Assembly: GCA_964388155.1 (NCBI GenBank) | Contig: CAYLYH010000003.1 | Span: 24,268-88,267 of the forward strand | From: an uncultured bacterium | Lineage (GTDB): Bacteria > Fidelibacterota > Marinisomatia > Marinisomatales > JACNKV01 | Length of the DNA stretch: 64,000 nt | Reading direction: 5' to 3' | Part shown: one piece after another, positions 7,867 to 17,702 of the stretch | Layout of the letters: the number at the start of each line of letters is the position of its first letter | Numbering within the stretch: the stretch's first letter is position 1 | Notes under the pieces: model-generated | The model's database searches: none | Seen by the model: the letters and a program-made list of their open reading frames with translations, nothing else | What the model was told of the DNA's origin: nothing | Translations under genes and position numbers: made by a program

Positions 7867-9504
7867 TTAAGGTGTTGAAGAATACACAACCTTTCCATTT
7901 ACAATTGTGAAAAGAACATTTGTGTTCAATATTTCATCCGGCGATATGGTTTCCAGGGACGTATCCAGCACGGTAAAATCTGCATAAAAACCGGGGGCAA
8001 TTTTTCCTTTTACGTCTTCTTCAAACGAGGCATACGCTGCCCATGAGGTGTACATGTTAATCGCTTGATCTATTGATATACATTCATCAGATTGCCAGCC
8101 GGCGTGAGGATGTTTGTTTTTATCCTGTCGGGTAACAGCTGCATGAATTCCTGCAAGCGGATTTGGAAATTCAACGGGAGCATCTGACCCGCCCGGGATG
8201 ATAGATCCTGCCCTAATAAGCGACCTCCAAGGATAGGCTTCCTCCAACCGAACATTGCCTAAACGGTCATCAACCCAGTCCATATCACTGGTGCAATGCG
8301 TCGGCTGCATGGAGGGCAACACCCCAAGTTTTGCAAAACGCGGTATATCGTTTTTATGGACGATCTGTGCGTGTTCGATGCGATTTCTTAGTGCAGTGTC
8401 TCCGTCTTGCTCAAAAATGTCTAAAGCGATTCGATTAGCACGATCTCCGATACAATGAATTCCCACCTGAAAACCAGCAGCGTTTGCCTGCCGAACTTTT
8501 TGAGCAATTTCAGAAGAATCGGTAAGGATTAAACCGGAATTCCTCGGGTCATCGGAATACGGCTGAAGAAGTGCTGCCCCTCGCGAACCTAACGCGCCGT
8601 CCATATAGAGTTTTACCGATCTAATATTGAGAAATTGATTTTGAGTTTTGGTTCCCGTGGACAAGAAATATCCGGCGTCTTCCGGAGTGTCGTTTAACAT
8701 GGCATAGACACGGATTGGAAGCAGATTGTCTTTAATAAGAGATTGAAGAATTTCAATGGTTTTCCGGCTGGTTCCGGCATCGTGAACACCGGTTATACCC
8801 AAAGTATTTAATAGTGATGCTGCTTTTAATATTTGTCGCTGTTCACCTTTTTCTGTGCTGATTGGAATGTGAGGAGCGACTAATTCCATCGCATTGTCTA
8901 TCAGTATGCCGGTTGGATTCCCTTCATTATCTCTGAGGATTTTTCCACCTTCAGGGCTTTGAGTGGACGTTGTAATGCCGACAAGTTCAAATGTTTTTGA
9001 ATTTACCCATGCCGCATGACCATCAATTCGGCGAAGATAAACAGGCGTTTGAGGGGCAATAGAATCCAACATTTCTTTGGTTGGATATTTTGTGTCCTCC
9101 CAGTCATTTTGATCCCATCCGCGTCCCTGAACCCAGTGGTCCTTTTCGATGGAACCAACTTGAATAGCAACCTTGTACAGAATCTCATCGACAGACGATG
9201 TCCCCACCAGATCTAACACTTCTAAAGACCATCCAAGCCCGACAAGATGTAAATGAGCATCGGTAAATCCCGGATAAACAACCCCGCCTTGTAAATCAAT
9301 CGTCTTTACGTGTTTGGCTGATAAGTTACTCCCGATTATTTCTATTCGTCCTTCACGGCACAAGATGGAGTTTGCATCTGGATATTGGTAAACTGAGCAA
9401 TGTGTAAACAAGGTCTGTTGGCTATGTGCTGCGGATATCATCAGGGCTAATAACGCGGTAACTATGATTTTATTCATAAAAATATTCCGATAGAAAATAA
9501 CCAA
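7867..9504 (-). CDS. Secreted amidohydrolase family protein (Amidohydro_3-like)
   Basis: YPGFTDAHLHL metal-binding start motif and a C-terminal GSDAP. The likely true start is Met10 (about 9477), giving signal peptide MNKIIVTALLALMISAAHS. Confidence 0.8.
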   Translation of the reverse strand: MVIFYRNIFMNKIIVTALLALMISAAHSQQTLFTHCSVYQYPDANSILCREGRIEIIGSNLSAKHVKTIDLQGGVVYPGFTDAHLHLVGLGWSLEVLDLVGTSSVDEILYKVAIQVGSIEKDHWVQGRGWDQNDWEDTKYPTKEMLDSIAPQTPVYLRRIDGHAAWVNSKTFELVGITTSTQSPEGGKILRDNEGNPTGILIDNAMELVAPHIPISTEKGEQRQILKAASLLNTLGITGVHDAGTSRKTIEILQSLIKDNLLPIRVYAMLNDTPEDAGYFLSTGTKTQNQFLNIRSVKLYMDGALGSRGAALLQPYSDDPRNSGLILTDSSEIAQKVRQANAAGFQVGIHCIGDRANRIALDIFEQDGDTALRNRIEHAQIVHKNDIPRFAKLGVLPSMQPTHCTSDMDWVDDRLGNVRLEEAYPWRSLIRAGSIIPGGSDAPVEFPNPLAGIHAAVTRQDKNKHPHAGWQSDECISIDQAINMYTSWAAYASFEEDVKGKIAPGFYADFTVLDTSLETISPDEILNTNVLFTIVNGKVVYSSTP

Positions 9505-9699
9505 GATAATTGATAATGAATAATAGAAAATAGAGTACTAGAGGAATGGATTGTTGGCTGAATGAATGTATGGTTGAATGAGTAGAATAGTTGAACCATA
9601 GATTGTAGTATTAAAGTAGCGATTGATAGTCGCCTGCCTGTTCGCAGTGGAACGCAGACAGGTGTTTCCCCTGTAACAGAGAAAAAAACCTGATACAAT

Positions 9700-9860
9700 T
9701 GAATAAAACACAAAACTTAACTCTGTTTACAAAAAATGTGGATTCCTCACTCCGTTCGGAATGACACAGTATTTTTGTCTTTCTGACGAACAAGGTGAAG
9801 ATAAAGTTGGAGCGAAGCGCCTGCCCGCCAAAGCCTTGGCGCAGGCGGGGAATTATTTTT
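9700..9860. repeat. Modular intergenic repeat, copy 2 (composite)
   Basis: 9741-9766 GATTCCTCACTCCGTTCGGAATGAC is identical to 15625-15649. 9705-9740 resembles 15721-15755. 9806-9850 carries GGAGCGAAGCGCC plus a CCTGCCCGCC...GCAGGCGGGG hairpin. Confidence 0.65.
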
Positions 9861-10240
9861 AACTTCGACAACAATTTGCCTCCGTCTCATTATTGTACTC
9901 CGATATTCTACTTTTAGAAGAAAAACATGGATACCTGACTGAATTAGTCATGGTAAAAACCGATAGATAGATTCAGCTCCACCGACCTTCGGTTCGGGAC
10001 TGTAAGCCATGGAGTTATACAATGATTCGAACCAATTTTTAAACATTGTACTTCTACGGAGTATTCATACAAGAACAAGAATCCCGTAGGAATTAGATGT
10101 TTATAGAATGCGATATATAAAAACACGAACCCCATCGGGGTTCAACAAGATGGTATAAACAGTATTCAAAACAGTTCATTATTAGAACATCGCCATTGTT
10201 TCTAAAATCGAACAGATCAAATATCTATTTCTCTATAAAG

Positions 10241-10267
10241 AAAAAGACCGCAAATGCGGTCTTTTTC
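10241..10267. terminator. Bidirectional rho-independent terminator
   Basis: AAAAAGACCG-caaatg-CGGTCTTTTT, directly downstream of the minus-strand OMP gene. Confidence 0.7.
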
Positions 10268-10291
10268 TTTCATCATTTTTCTGTACAGCGA

Positions 10292-11869
10292 TCAAAAAGC
10301 GTAGTTTATTCCAAACGCAACATCTAATGCTGTTTTCATGTATGTTTCGTCTCCCACATCATTCGTCGCTTCTTCATAAGATGTATTTGACACACCAAAT
10401 GAAAGTCCCATTCTTGGACTTAAGGCATACTTACCCCCAAATCCAATTGTATTAGATGGAAGACTGTGACTAAGGTCAGAATTGTACAAGTTTTGGACAT
10501 TCCCGTTTGCATATAACCAACCACCACTGAGTGTAAGCGCATTGCTCAGAGCAAATTCAGCACCGACACCGTATTCAAAACCGTTATCAGTATATGCTTC
10601 TTTTCCGCCCCAATCTACATCTTTGTTAAAGTAAATATTGTAACTTCCTTCAACACGCAGAGATGGGAAAAGTTTAAACGAAATACCTGTAGCCAACATC
10701 GCCGGCATATCTGAGGGAGTTTCTCCTTTGTCAGGGAAAAGTCCGGAGCCATCGATTTCAGTATCGTTGACCAATGTCATGTCTGCCTGACCTTCATAGC
10801 GAACCGATAGACCCAGTCCTTCTACCGGTGTAAGATAAAGTCCGAATACCGGAGCAAGCGCGGACCCGGTTTGAACAACATCCACTTCTACGTCTGCCGT
10901 AGCTGCTGCATTTCCTGCGGCGGCAGCGGCGTCTGCTTCAAGGGCGCTTACTGCATAATTGAGGGATTCCTGAAGATCTCCGGGAGTATTTACTGCCGGG
11001 TCAAAAGGTATTCCAAGGGCAGCCGCTCCAGCAGCAATTGCATCTATGTCGTCTTGTGTAATGTGTCCAAACAATTTTAGTAGAACAAATGTGTAACTAC
11101 CGGCACCACCATCAATTAGTGGTTGAAGCCCTTCTGCAGCGCCTGATGCTTGAGCAGCGCCGGCGGACAGTGCGCCCGACAGAGTTGTAAAAAAGTCCGT
11201 CGCCAGAACCATGTTCCCAGTATACCCTAAATCGGGATAATTTGGATTAATGCTGATGTCTTTCAGGTGCCCCATATACGTGTTTTTGGCTTGTATGTAG
11301 CGTCCGCCAACCGAAAGAGAAATGGCATCGTTCATTTTATAAGAAACATTTGCCTGGAAACCCAGGTAAACGGAAGAGCCTTCGAATGCCATATCCATGC
11401 TGTAAGCTGTTGTTGGGATGCCCGCCTCTGTTAATAGATAAGGAAGCCCTGAAACCGGTTCTTCAAAAGAAGGAAGTCCTTTGTCATAATTGGCACTTCC
11501 ACCGCCGCCGATGGGCATAAATCCAAGGGACAGAGCAAAATCACCGCGTTTATCTACGTAATACATATTCGGGAATACCGGTGCAAAGGTTTCGCCAAGA
11601 TAGGTTTTTTCTTCACCAAACAGCACAAAAGAGGATTTTACTTCTCTGTCTTGCCAGATGGTCTGATTGCTCAGAGAAAAATACACGCCGTCTTCAAGGC
11701 TGGTTAATCCTGCAGGGTTAAAGTACGTTGCATCCAAATCTGTTGATGCATTGCGGTTCATCATTCGGATGAAATCCGCGCTTTGATTTGTATTGTGAAC
11801 TATATTGCCCCCAAAGACCAGACTGGTGGTCAAAACTACCAGGAGAGCAACAAAAACATTTTTTTTCAT
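10292..11869 (-). CDS. FadL/OmpP1/TodX-like outer-membrane beta-barrel with an Ala-rich insertion
   Basis: The listed GTG is at 11944, but Met26 (MKKNVFVALLVVLTTSLVFG) gives a signal peptide. Has the YFNPAGL motif, ends ...FGINYAF, and has a central Ala/Gly-rich stretch. Confidence 0.65.
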   Translation of the reverse strand: MKKNVFVALLVVLTTSLVFGGNIVHNTNQSADFIRMMNRNASTDLDATYFNPAGLTSLEDGVYFSLSNQTIWQDREVKSSFVLFGEEKTYLGETFAPVFPNMYYVDKRGDFALSLGFMPIGGGGSANYDKGLPSFEEPVSGLPYLLTEAGIPTTAYSMDMAFEGSSVYLGFQANVSYKMNDAISLSVGGRYIQAKNTYMGHLKDISINPNYPDLGYTGNMVLATDFFTTLSGALSAGAAQASGAAEGLQPLIDGGAGSYTFVLLKLFGHITQDDIDAIAAGAAALGIPFDPAVNTPGDLQESLNYAVSALEADAAAAAGNAAATADVEVDVVQTGSALAPVFGLYLTPVEGLGLSVRYEGQADMTLVNDTEIDGSGLFPDKGETPSDMPAMLATGISFKLFPSLRVEGSYNIYFNKDVDWGGKEAYTDNGFEYGVGAEFALSNALTLSGGWLYANGNVQNLYNSDLSHSLPSNTIGFGGKYALSPRMGLSFGVSNTSYEEATNDVGDETYMKTALDVAFGINYAF

Positions 11870-12189
11870 TTGTGGTTCCTCATTTTGTTTGTTGAGTGGA
11901 CACCCTGCTGTCTTTTTTTCGGAAACAAGCAAAATGGTTATCACCTGCTTCGGTTATTAGGACATCCAAGCGTGTGAATCTACCGTCTTATTTTTAAAAA
12001 AGTCAAACAAAAAATACACAACAACAAAACGAGGTGTACGACATTTTTTTTATTGTGAACGTTCTTTTTAGGTAATAAATTCTACAAATAGATGTGCGGG
12101 AGCATTTTTATGGTTCCGCTCATTGTTCTGCAATTGATTTCCATCTTTTGCGAAAACGATTTGTAAAACAAAACCAAGGAGAACAGAAA

Positions 12190-15100
12190 ATGATAAAACG
12201 AAATCTGTCGGTCTTTATCGTCCTGACGCTAGCTGTACGCGTGCTTTTCGCGCAGGGAGTTACAACGTCCGGACTTAGTGGACTGATTTCAAATCAAGAT
12301 AATACCCCATTGGTCGGTGCAAATGTCGTTGTCACACATGAACCCAGTGGAACACAATACGGGACGATGGTTCGCGACGGAGGGGCCTATACAATTCTGA
12401 ATATGCGTGTTGGCGGTCCTTATACGATCTCCGTGTCTTACATCGGGTATAAAACTCAGGTAGAAGAAAATGTCTATCTGAACCTCGGTGCAGCAACAAA
12501 CATAAACTTCCAGCTCGCCCATGAAGCCATTGAAATGGCTGGCGTTGATGTGACGGCTGTACAAGATGATGTCATGAACGCCAACCGCACAGGCGCTGCA
12601 ACATTTGTCGGAGAAGACCTTCTTGCGCAAATGCCTTCCATCAAACGCAGTACCCGGGACTTAACTCGTCTTGATCCTCGCAGTGATGGAAACTTCAGCT
12701 TCGGCGGACGGAACTGGCTGTATAACAATATCTCTCTGGATGGATCGTATTTTAATAATCCGTTTGGATTAGACGACCCGGCACCGGGCGGACAGTCCAA
12801 CGCCGAGCCGGTACCGTTTGATGCAATTGAACAGGTACAGGTTTCTGTTGCTCCGTTTGACGTGCGTGAAGGCGGATTTACAGGTGCGGGTATCAATACG
12901 GTAACCAAAAGCGGAACCAATGACTTTGGAGGATCTGTGTACAGCTTCAGCAGAAACGAAGTCCTGCAAGGAAATACCGTTGCCGGAAATGACGTTATTG
13001 CAAACCCGGCACTCAGCTATAACCAATCCGGATTTACATTGAGCGGCCCAATCCTGAAAAACAGAGCTTTCTTTTTTGTGAACTACGAAAGAGAACGCCG
13101 GACAGACCCCGGCTCAAATTTTGTCGCCGATGACAACGGAGATCTTGTCTTTGGAGAATCCCGCGTATCAGCCACAACGATGGATGCGATCCGCGATAGA
13201 ATGATGGACGTCTACGGATATGACACCGGTGATTATCAAGGATATAACCATGAAACAAACAACGATAAGCTCTTGGTAAAACTGGATCTGAATCTTGGAC
13301 CAAACCATAATGCGGTATTTCGCTATAATATGCTTGATGCCTCACGGGATCTTGGCCCTCATGGATTTGTGTTAAGTTTCAACAATACCGGACGTGGACC
13401 TAACAGCTCCAGCCTTCCGTTTGAAAATGCCGGATACCGTATTAATAACGTTCTTCATTCGTATGCCGGTGAGTTAAATAGTACCTTTGGCGGAAAAATC
13501 TCTAATCGGTTTTTCTTTAGTTATAACCAATTCAGAGATTGGCGAACACCAAAAAGTGTTGATTTCCCAACGGTTGAAATAGGCGAAGACGGTGTAACCT
13601 ACGCCACGCTGGGACACGAACCCTTCTCAATTCATAATATTCTTGACCAGGATGTCCTACAGATAACAAATAATATGTCCTATTTTATGGGCAAACATGT
13701 TATTACTGCCGGGGTGAATTACGAACAGTTTAAGTTCTTTAATTCCTTCAATATCTTTAGGCATGGATTGTTTATGCTGGATGCTTCGTGGGCAACTTTC
13801 TTGGGAGGAACCACGTTCTCTACAATAGATCAGTTCTTAGCGGCTACTGACCCAGCTGATCCTGTAGATTTTAATGGAATGATTGGCTCAGGACCTTACA
13901 AAGGTGAATTAATTGATGTTGCTCAGTTAGCGTTTTACGCACAGGATGAGTTTATGGTCAACGAAAACCTCAACATTACGGCAGGTTTACGCGTAGATAT
14001 ACCTATTTATAATACCGAACCGATAGAAAACCCATTCTCAACCGGACTCACATTACTGGATGAAAACGATGAAGCGGAAACGGTTGATCAGGCGAAACTT
14101 CCTGACTCAAAACCATTGTTTTCACCTCGGGTTGGATTTAACTACGACGTAAAAGGTAATCGATCTATGCAACTACGCGGTGGAACCGGTATCTTTACCG
14201 GACGCTTACCCTTTGTTTGGATTGGGAATGTGATTTCAAATCCGGGAAACAATCCAAATATACCCGGGGACGGAAGCAATCCTGACCATGAAACTGACAG
14301 CGGTGAGGGTCGCACAGAAGGAGAGGATGTCGCCTCTGTTTTACAACAATCCTTTGACTTAAATGCTATGACCGAAGATTTTGAATGGCCACAAGTTTGG
14401 ACGACAAACTTAGCTCTGGACATGGAACTTCCAAGTCAAATGCTGGGGACATTCGAAATGGTTTACGGAAAAGACCTGAACGCCATTTATATGCGTAACG
14501 CTGATCTCATTGCACCGGTGCGTGAACTCGCTGACGGACGCCCCTACTTTGGTGGTGTTGGCGCGAATGAGTTAAATTCATTCTACCCGGGTTCTGGCGA
14601 AGGTGTTTACGTCATTGATAATACAGACGAAGGATACAATCTGACCTTAACCGGTCAATTGAAAAAAGTACATGATTGGGGTCTTGTGACAAGCGTGGCT
14701 TACACATACACACAATCCATGAACAACCTCAAATCAACTGAGATTGCTTCTGTACTTTTCCAAAGCCAACCGGTTCAGGGTGATCCAAACACACCAACCA
14801 TGTCTCCATCAGAGTTTGGAAACCGCCATCGTATTATCGGAACAGCTAATTATGCCCATAAATGGGACGCAAACCAAAGTACGAATTTTGGTCTGTTCTT
14901 TGAAATGGTTGAAGGAAACCAGTATGTCTACTCCGGTGGCAACCGCTACTCACACACCTATGCAGGTGATGTAAATGGTGACGGATTTGCCAATGACCTG
15001 ATTTACATTCCGGAAAATCCAAATGATATCGTTCTCGCCGATCCGCATCAGTGGGTTGCGTTAAACGCCTTCATTGAACAAGATCCATATCTGAGTCAGA

Positions 15101-15423
15101 ATCGCGGTAATATTGCCGAGCGTAATGGGTTAATCAACCCCTGGTTCAGTAATATTGATCTGAAGATTCTCCATGACTTCAAAACCGGTCTTGGAAAATT
15201 CCAGTTCAGTGCAGATATTCTCAATGTTGCAAACCTAATCAATGACAGCTGGGGTGTGCGTAAGGTTGCCAATCCAATGGCACTTGCCCCACTCAGCCTG
15301 ACCGGTTGGGACGACAACGGTGAGCCAATCCTGAATTTCAACGGTGTTGAAGAAACATTCATTGATGATCCGGGCTTGTTCTCCCGGTGGCGTATGCAGT
15401 TTGGAATTCGTTATATCTTTTAA
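12190..15423 (+). CDS. TonB-dependent receptor with N-terminal carboxypeptidase-regulatory-like domain
   Basis: AGGAG lies 8 nt before the ATG at 12190 (the listed GTG at 12094 adds 32 aa with no signal). Signal MIKRNLSVFIVLTLAVRVLFAQG. CarboxypepD_reg-like block GANVVVTH...YTISVSYIGY. Plug and barrel present; ends FGIRYIF. Confidence 0.9.
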   Translation: MIKRNLSVFIVLTLAVRVLFAQGVTTSGLSGLISNQDNTPLVGANVVVTHEPSGTQYGTMVRDGGAYTILNMRVGGPYTISVSYIGYKTQVEENVYLNLGAATNINFQLAHEAIEMAGVDVTAVQDDVMNANRTGAATFVGEDLLAQMPSIKRSTRDLTRLDPRSDGNFSFGGRNWLYNNISLDGSYFNNPFGLDDPAPGGQSNAEPVPFDAIEQVQVSVAPFDVREGGFTGAGINTVTKSGTNDFGGSVYSFSRNEVLQGNTVAGNDVIANPALSYNQSGFTLSGPILKNRAFFFVNYERERRTDPGSNFVADDNGDLVFGESRVSATTMDAIRDRMMDVYGYDTGDYQGYNHETNNDKLLVKLDLNLGPNHNAVFRYNMLDASRDLGPHGFVLSFNNTGRGPNSSSLPFENAGYRINNVLHSYAGELNSTFGGKISNRFFFSYNQFRDWRTPKSVDFPTVEIGEDGVTYATLGHEPFSIHNILDQDVLQITNNMSYFMGKHVITAGVNYEQFKFFNSFNIFRHGLFMLDASWATFLGGTTFSTIDQFLAATDPADPVDFNGMIGSGPYKGELIDVAQLAFYAQDEFMVNENLNITAGLRVDIPIYNTEPIENPFSTGLTLLDENDEAETVDQAKLPDSKPLFSPRVGFNYDVKGNRSMQLRGGTGIFTGRLPFVWIGNVISNPGNNPNIPGDGSNPDHETDSGEGRTEGEDVASVLQQSFDLNAMTEDFEWPQVWTTNLALDMELPSQMLGTFEMVYGKDLNAIYMRNADLIAPVRELADGRPYFGGVGANELNSFYPGSGEGVYVIDNTDEGYNLTLTGQLKKVHDWGLVTSVAYTYTQSMNNLKSTEIASVLFQSQPVQGDPNTPTMSPSEFGNRHRIIGTANYAHKWDANQSTNFGLFFEMVEGNQYVYSGGNRYSHTYAGDVNGDGFANDLIYIPENPNDIVLADPHQWVALNAFIEQDPYLSQNRGNIAERNGLINPWFSNIDLKILHDFKTGLGKFQFSADILNVANLINDSWGVRKVANPMALAPLSLTGWDDNGEPILNFNGVEETFIDDPGLFSRWRMQFGIRYIF

Positions 15424-15455
15424 TACCTGATATAATACAAACACTCTGTTAACAG

Positions 15456-15486
15456 AAAAGCCGGCGGTTGTCGGCTTTTCTGTTTC
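15456..15486 (+). terminator. Rho-independent terminator after the TonB-dependent receptor
   Basis: AAAGCCG-gcggttgt-CGGCTTT followed by a T-rich run. Confidence 0.65.
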
Positions 15487-15619
15487 TATATGTGAGCCCA
15501 TTCCAGAAAGGGGTTCCTGCCGGTCCGGCAGGCGGGGGACACACACAATCAAATTCGGTATGTATGCGGTGTTCACAAGACTTTTTCTGTACACAAAACA
15601 ATGCTCCGTGGTGAGAAGT

Positions 15620-15780
15620 ATTTAGATTCCTCACTCCGTTCGGAATGACCCTGTATTTTTGTCATCCCGAAGAAAGAATGACTGAGGGATCTACAATATT
15701 TATCTCTGGGTATATGATTTTACAAAACACTTAACCCCGTATACAAAACAAAGTGGAAATGATAGTATTATTCCGGCGAT
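15620..15780. repeat. Modular intergenic repeat, copy 3
   Basis: Carries the GATTCCTCACTCCGTTCGGAATGAC module, the GTATTTTTGTCATCCCGAAG module and the ACAAAACACTTAACCCCGTATACAAAACAAAGTGG module shared with copies 1 and 2. Confidence 0.65.
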
Positions 15781-15860
15781 ATTTAATCGCCTGCTTGTTA
15801 CTTCTATGGATTTTGTTTTGTGCGGGCATGTAAGATTATCACAATGAATCCCGATATTGT

Positions 15861-16580
15861 TTAAACCCTCTTTTTTGCCGTTATAAGCGTAACCACGCCA
15901 AGCGTCATATCTTGGATATCAACATCAATAAATCCTGCGTTTTTTATCATCATCTTTAATTCATCTCTGACAGGAAAATATTCAACAGACTCCGGAAGGT
16001 ACCTATAGGCATCAGACCGGGAAAACAATGCACCTATTCGCGGCAAGATTGTTTTGAAATACCAGCGATAAACCGCTCCAAATATTTTTGATGAGGGTTC
16101 GGCAAACTCAAGGATGTGCAGCGTTCCTCCATCTTCCAAAACTCTATAAAACTCAGACAAGGCTTTTGAGTAATGCCCGATATTCCTAAATCCAAATGCA
16201 ATGGTTAATGCAGAGAAAACATTGTTATTAAACGGAAGATTCTCTCCATCTCCTTGTATCACGGTAAACCTTTCAGCTTTTCTCTCATCAATTTTTTTCT
16301 GACACATCTCCACCATTTTATGAGCATAGTCTAACCCGACAATCTCAGCATTTGAAAATTGTTTTTTTATTTCGAAACCAACATCGCCTGTTCCCGTGGC
16401 AACGTCTAACACCGGTTGATTCAGGATTTTTGGCAGGGAATTTACCAGTTGTTTCCGCCAGTAAAAATCAAGTCCAAGACTTAGAAAATGATTTAAAAAA
16501 TCATACCGTGAAGAAATATCATCAAACATTTTCTGCACATATTTTTTCTTGTCCTCTCCGGAATGTGTGAACTCAGGCAT
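15861..16580 (-). CDS. ubiE: Demethylmenaquinone/ubiquinone C-methyltransferase
   Basis: UbiE/MenG signature YDFLNHFLSLGLDFYWRK. SAM motif VLDVATGTGDV. Confidence 0.9.
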   Translation of the reverse strand: MPEFTHSGEDKKKYVQKMFDDISSRYDFLNHFLSLGLDFYWRKQLVNSLPKILNQPVLDVATGTGDVGFEIKKQFSNAEIVGLDYAHKMVEMCQKKIDERKAERFTVIQGDGENLPFNNNVFSALTIAFGFRNIGHYSKALSEFYRVLEDGGTLHILEFAEPSSKIFGAVYRWYFKTILPRIGALFSRSDAYRYLPESVEYFPVRDELKMMIKNAGFIDVDIQDMTLGVVTLITAKKRV

Positions 16581-17187
16581 GTAATATTTCCTTTATTATC
16601 CTTTCATTCTTCAAAGCCGAAACCGTTGTAAAGAGGATCGTCTTAAACCCCATCGCTTTGGCTTGAATAATATTGGCTTCATTATCATCGATAAACAACG
16701 ACCGTCCCGCGGTGGTACCGGCTTTCTTGATGGCAATATTAAATATCTCTGGCTCAGGCTTTCTTGATCCAACCTCATACGAATAAATTGCACCGTCTAC
16801 GTGTTGAAAAAATGAAAAAGAATTCCCAACACCGTTTACAATATGTCTGGAGTTTGTATTCGAGAGCAACCAAATCGGATATTTCTTTTTCAACTCACCA
16901 AGTATTTTTGATGCTCCGGTTTCGTTTCCGACCAGTTTTCGCCACGCAGACCAAAACGCAATCTCCGGTAAATATTTTCCTTTTGGCAAGTATTTACAGA
17001 CCTCCAGATAGAATGCGTCGTCATCGATCTCTCCTTTTTCGTAGCGATGGTGGACATCCATGGGAAAGTGATGAAACACTTCGTCTGCGGGTATTTCCAT
17101 CACTTGGGCAATATGCGTAACTGTGCGGTCAGGGTGGATGTCTAAAAGCACGCCCCCAATATCAAAAAAGATGGTCTTAATCTTCAT
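16573..17187 (-). CDS. HAD superfamily hydrolase
   Basis: Motif I FFDIGGVL, motif II SNT, motif IV FIDDNEANI. Confidence 0.8.
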   Translation of the reverse strand: MKIKTIFFDIGGVLLDIHPDRTVTHIAQVMEIPADEVFHHFPMDVHHRYEKGEIDDDAFYLEVCKYLPKGKYLPEIAFWSAWRKLVGNETGASKILGELKKKYPIWLLSNTNSRHIVNGVGNSFSFFQHVDGAIYSYEVGSRKPEPEIFNIAIKKAGTTAGRSLFIDDNEANIIQAKAMGFKTILFTTVSALKNERIIKEILHA

Positions 17188-17193
17188 CTTGTT

Positions 17194-17210
17194 GCCACAC
17201 AGACACAGAG
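17194..17210. repeat. Inverted repeat arm GCCACACAGACACAGAG (left flank of the GxxExxY gene)
   Basis: 15 of 17 positions match the reverse complement of 17703-17719. Confidence 0.6.
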
Positions 17211-17262
17211 GTGTTTATAGGTTGAAGCAAAAAAATCACTCGGTGTTCTTTGGATTTCTGTT

Positions 17263-17658
17263 TTAGACGATGAACCGTTTTACTCCGTCTTTTAACAATT
17301 GTTTGTTGAAATTTATCAATAAGCCTAGCTTGAGTCCTCCCAATTTCATATAACTGAGTATTTGAGCGTCGAAAACTGGATTCATGTTTTCAACACACTT
17401 TAATTCTAAAACTACAGCGTCTTCAACCACAATATCCATTCGGTATTCTCCGATAAATCTACCTCTGTAATTTAATTTTAACACTTTTTGAACTTCATAA
17501 TTTAAACCGGCGAATTCAAACTCAATACATAGAGCTTTTTCATAAATGCTTTCCAATAGTCCCGAGCCAAGTCTTTTATGATCATTGATGGCGCAACCAA
17601 TGATTTTATTTGTGAGCCTATTTAAATCATCCAGCGTTTTATTTTTTATATTTGACAT
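17263..17658 (-). CDS. GxxExxY family protein (PD-(D/E)XK-like)
   Basis: GSGLLESIYEKAL motif and the typical ~130-aa size and architecture. Confidence 0.85.
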   Translation of the reverse strand: MSNIKNKTLDDLNRLTNKIIGCAINDHKRLGSGLLESIYEKALCIEFEFAGLNYEVQKVLKLNYRGRFIGEYRMDIVVEDAVVLELKCVENMNPVFDAQILSYMKLGGLKLGLLINFNKQLLKDGVKRFIV

Positions 17659-17702
17659 TGTTCTTCTTTTTGATATCTAAGTTCTCAAAACTTTTCATTC
17701 TT

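Noticed and set aside
10015-10040. GGTTCGAATC on the minus strand, a tRNA T-loop-like string.
   Set aside because: The flanking bases do not form a T-stem. I could not build acceptor, D or anticodon arms around it. The region is a repeat mosaic.
12094-12189. N-terminal extensions of listed ORFs (12094 for the TonB receptor, 55122 for sdhA, 53080 for sdhB, 11944 for the FadL-like gene, 47994 for the 313-aa ORF).
   Set aside because: Internal starts give proper signal peptides or cofactor-binding N-termini, better RBS or stop-start overlaps. The extensions overlap upstream genes or encode implausible leaders.
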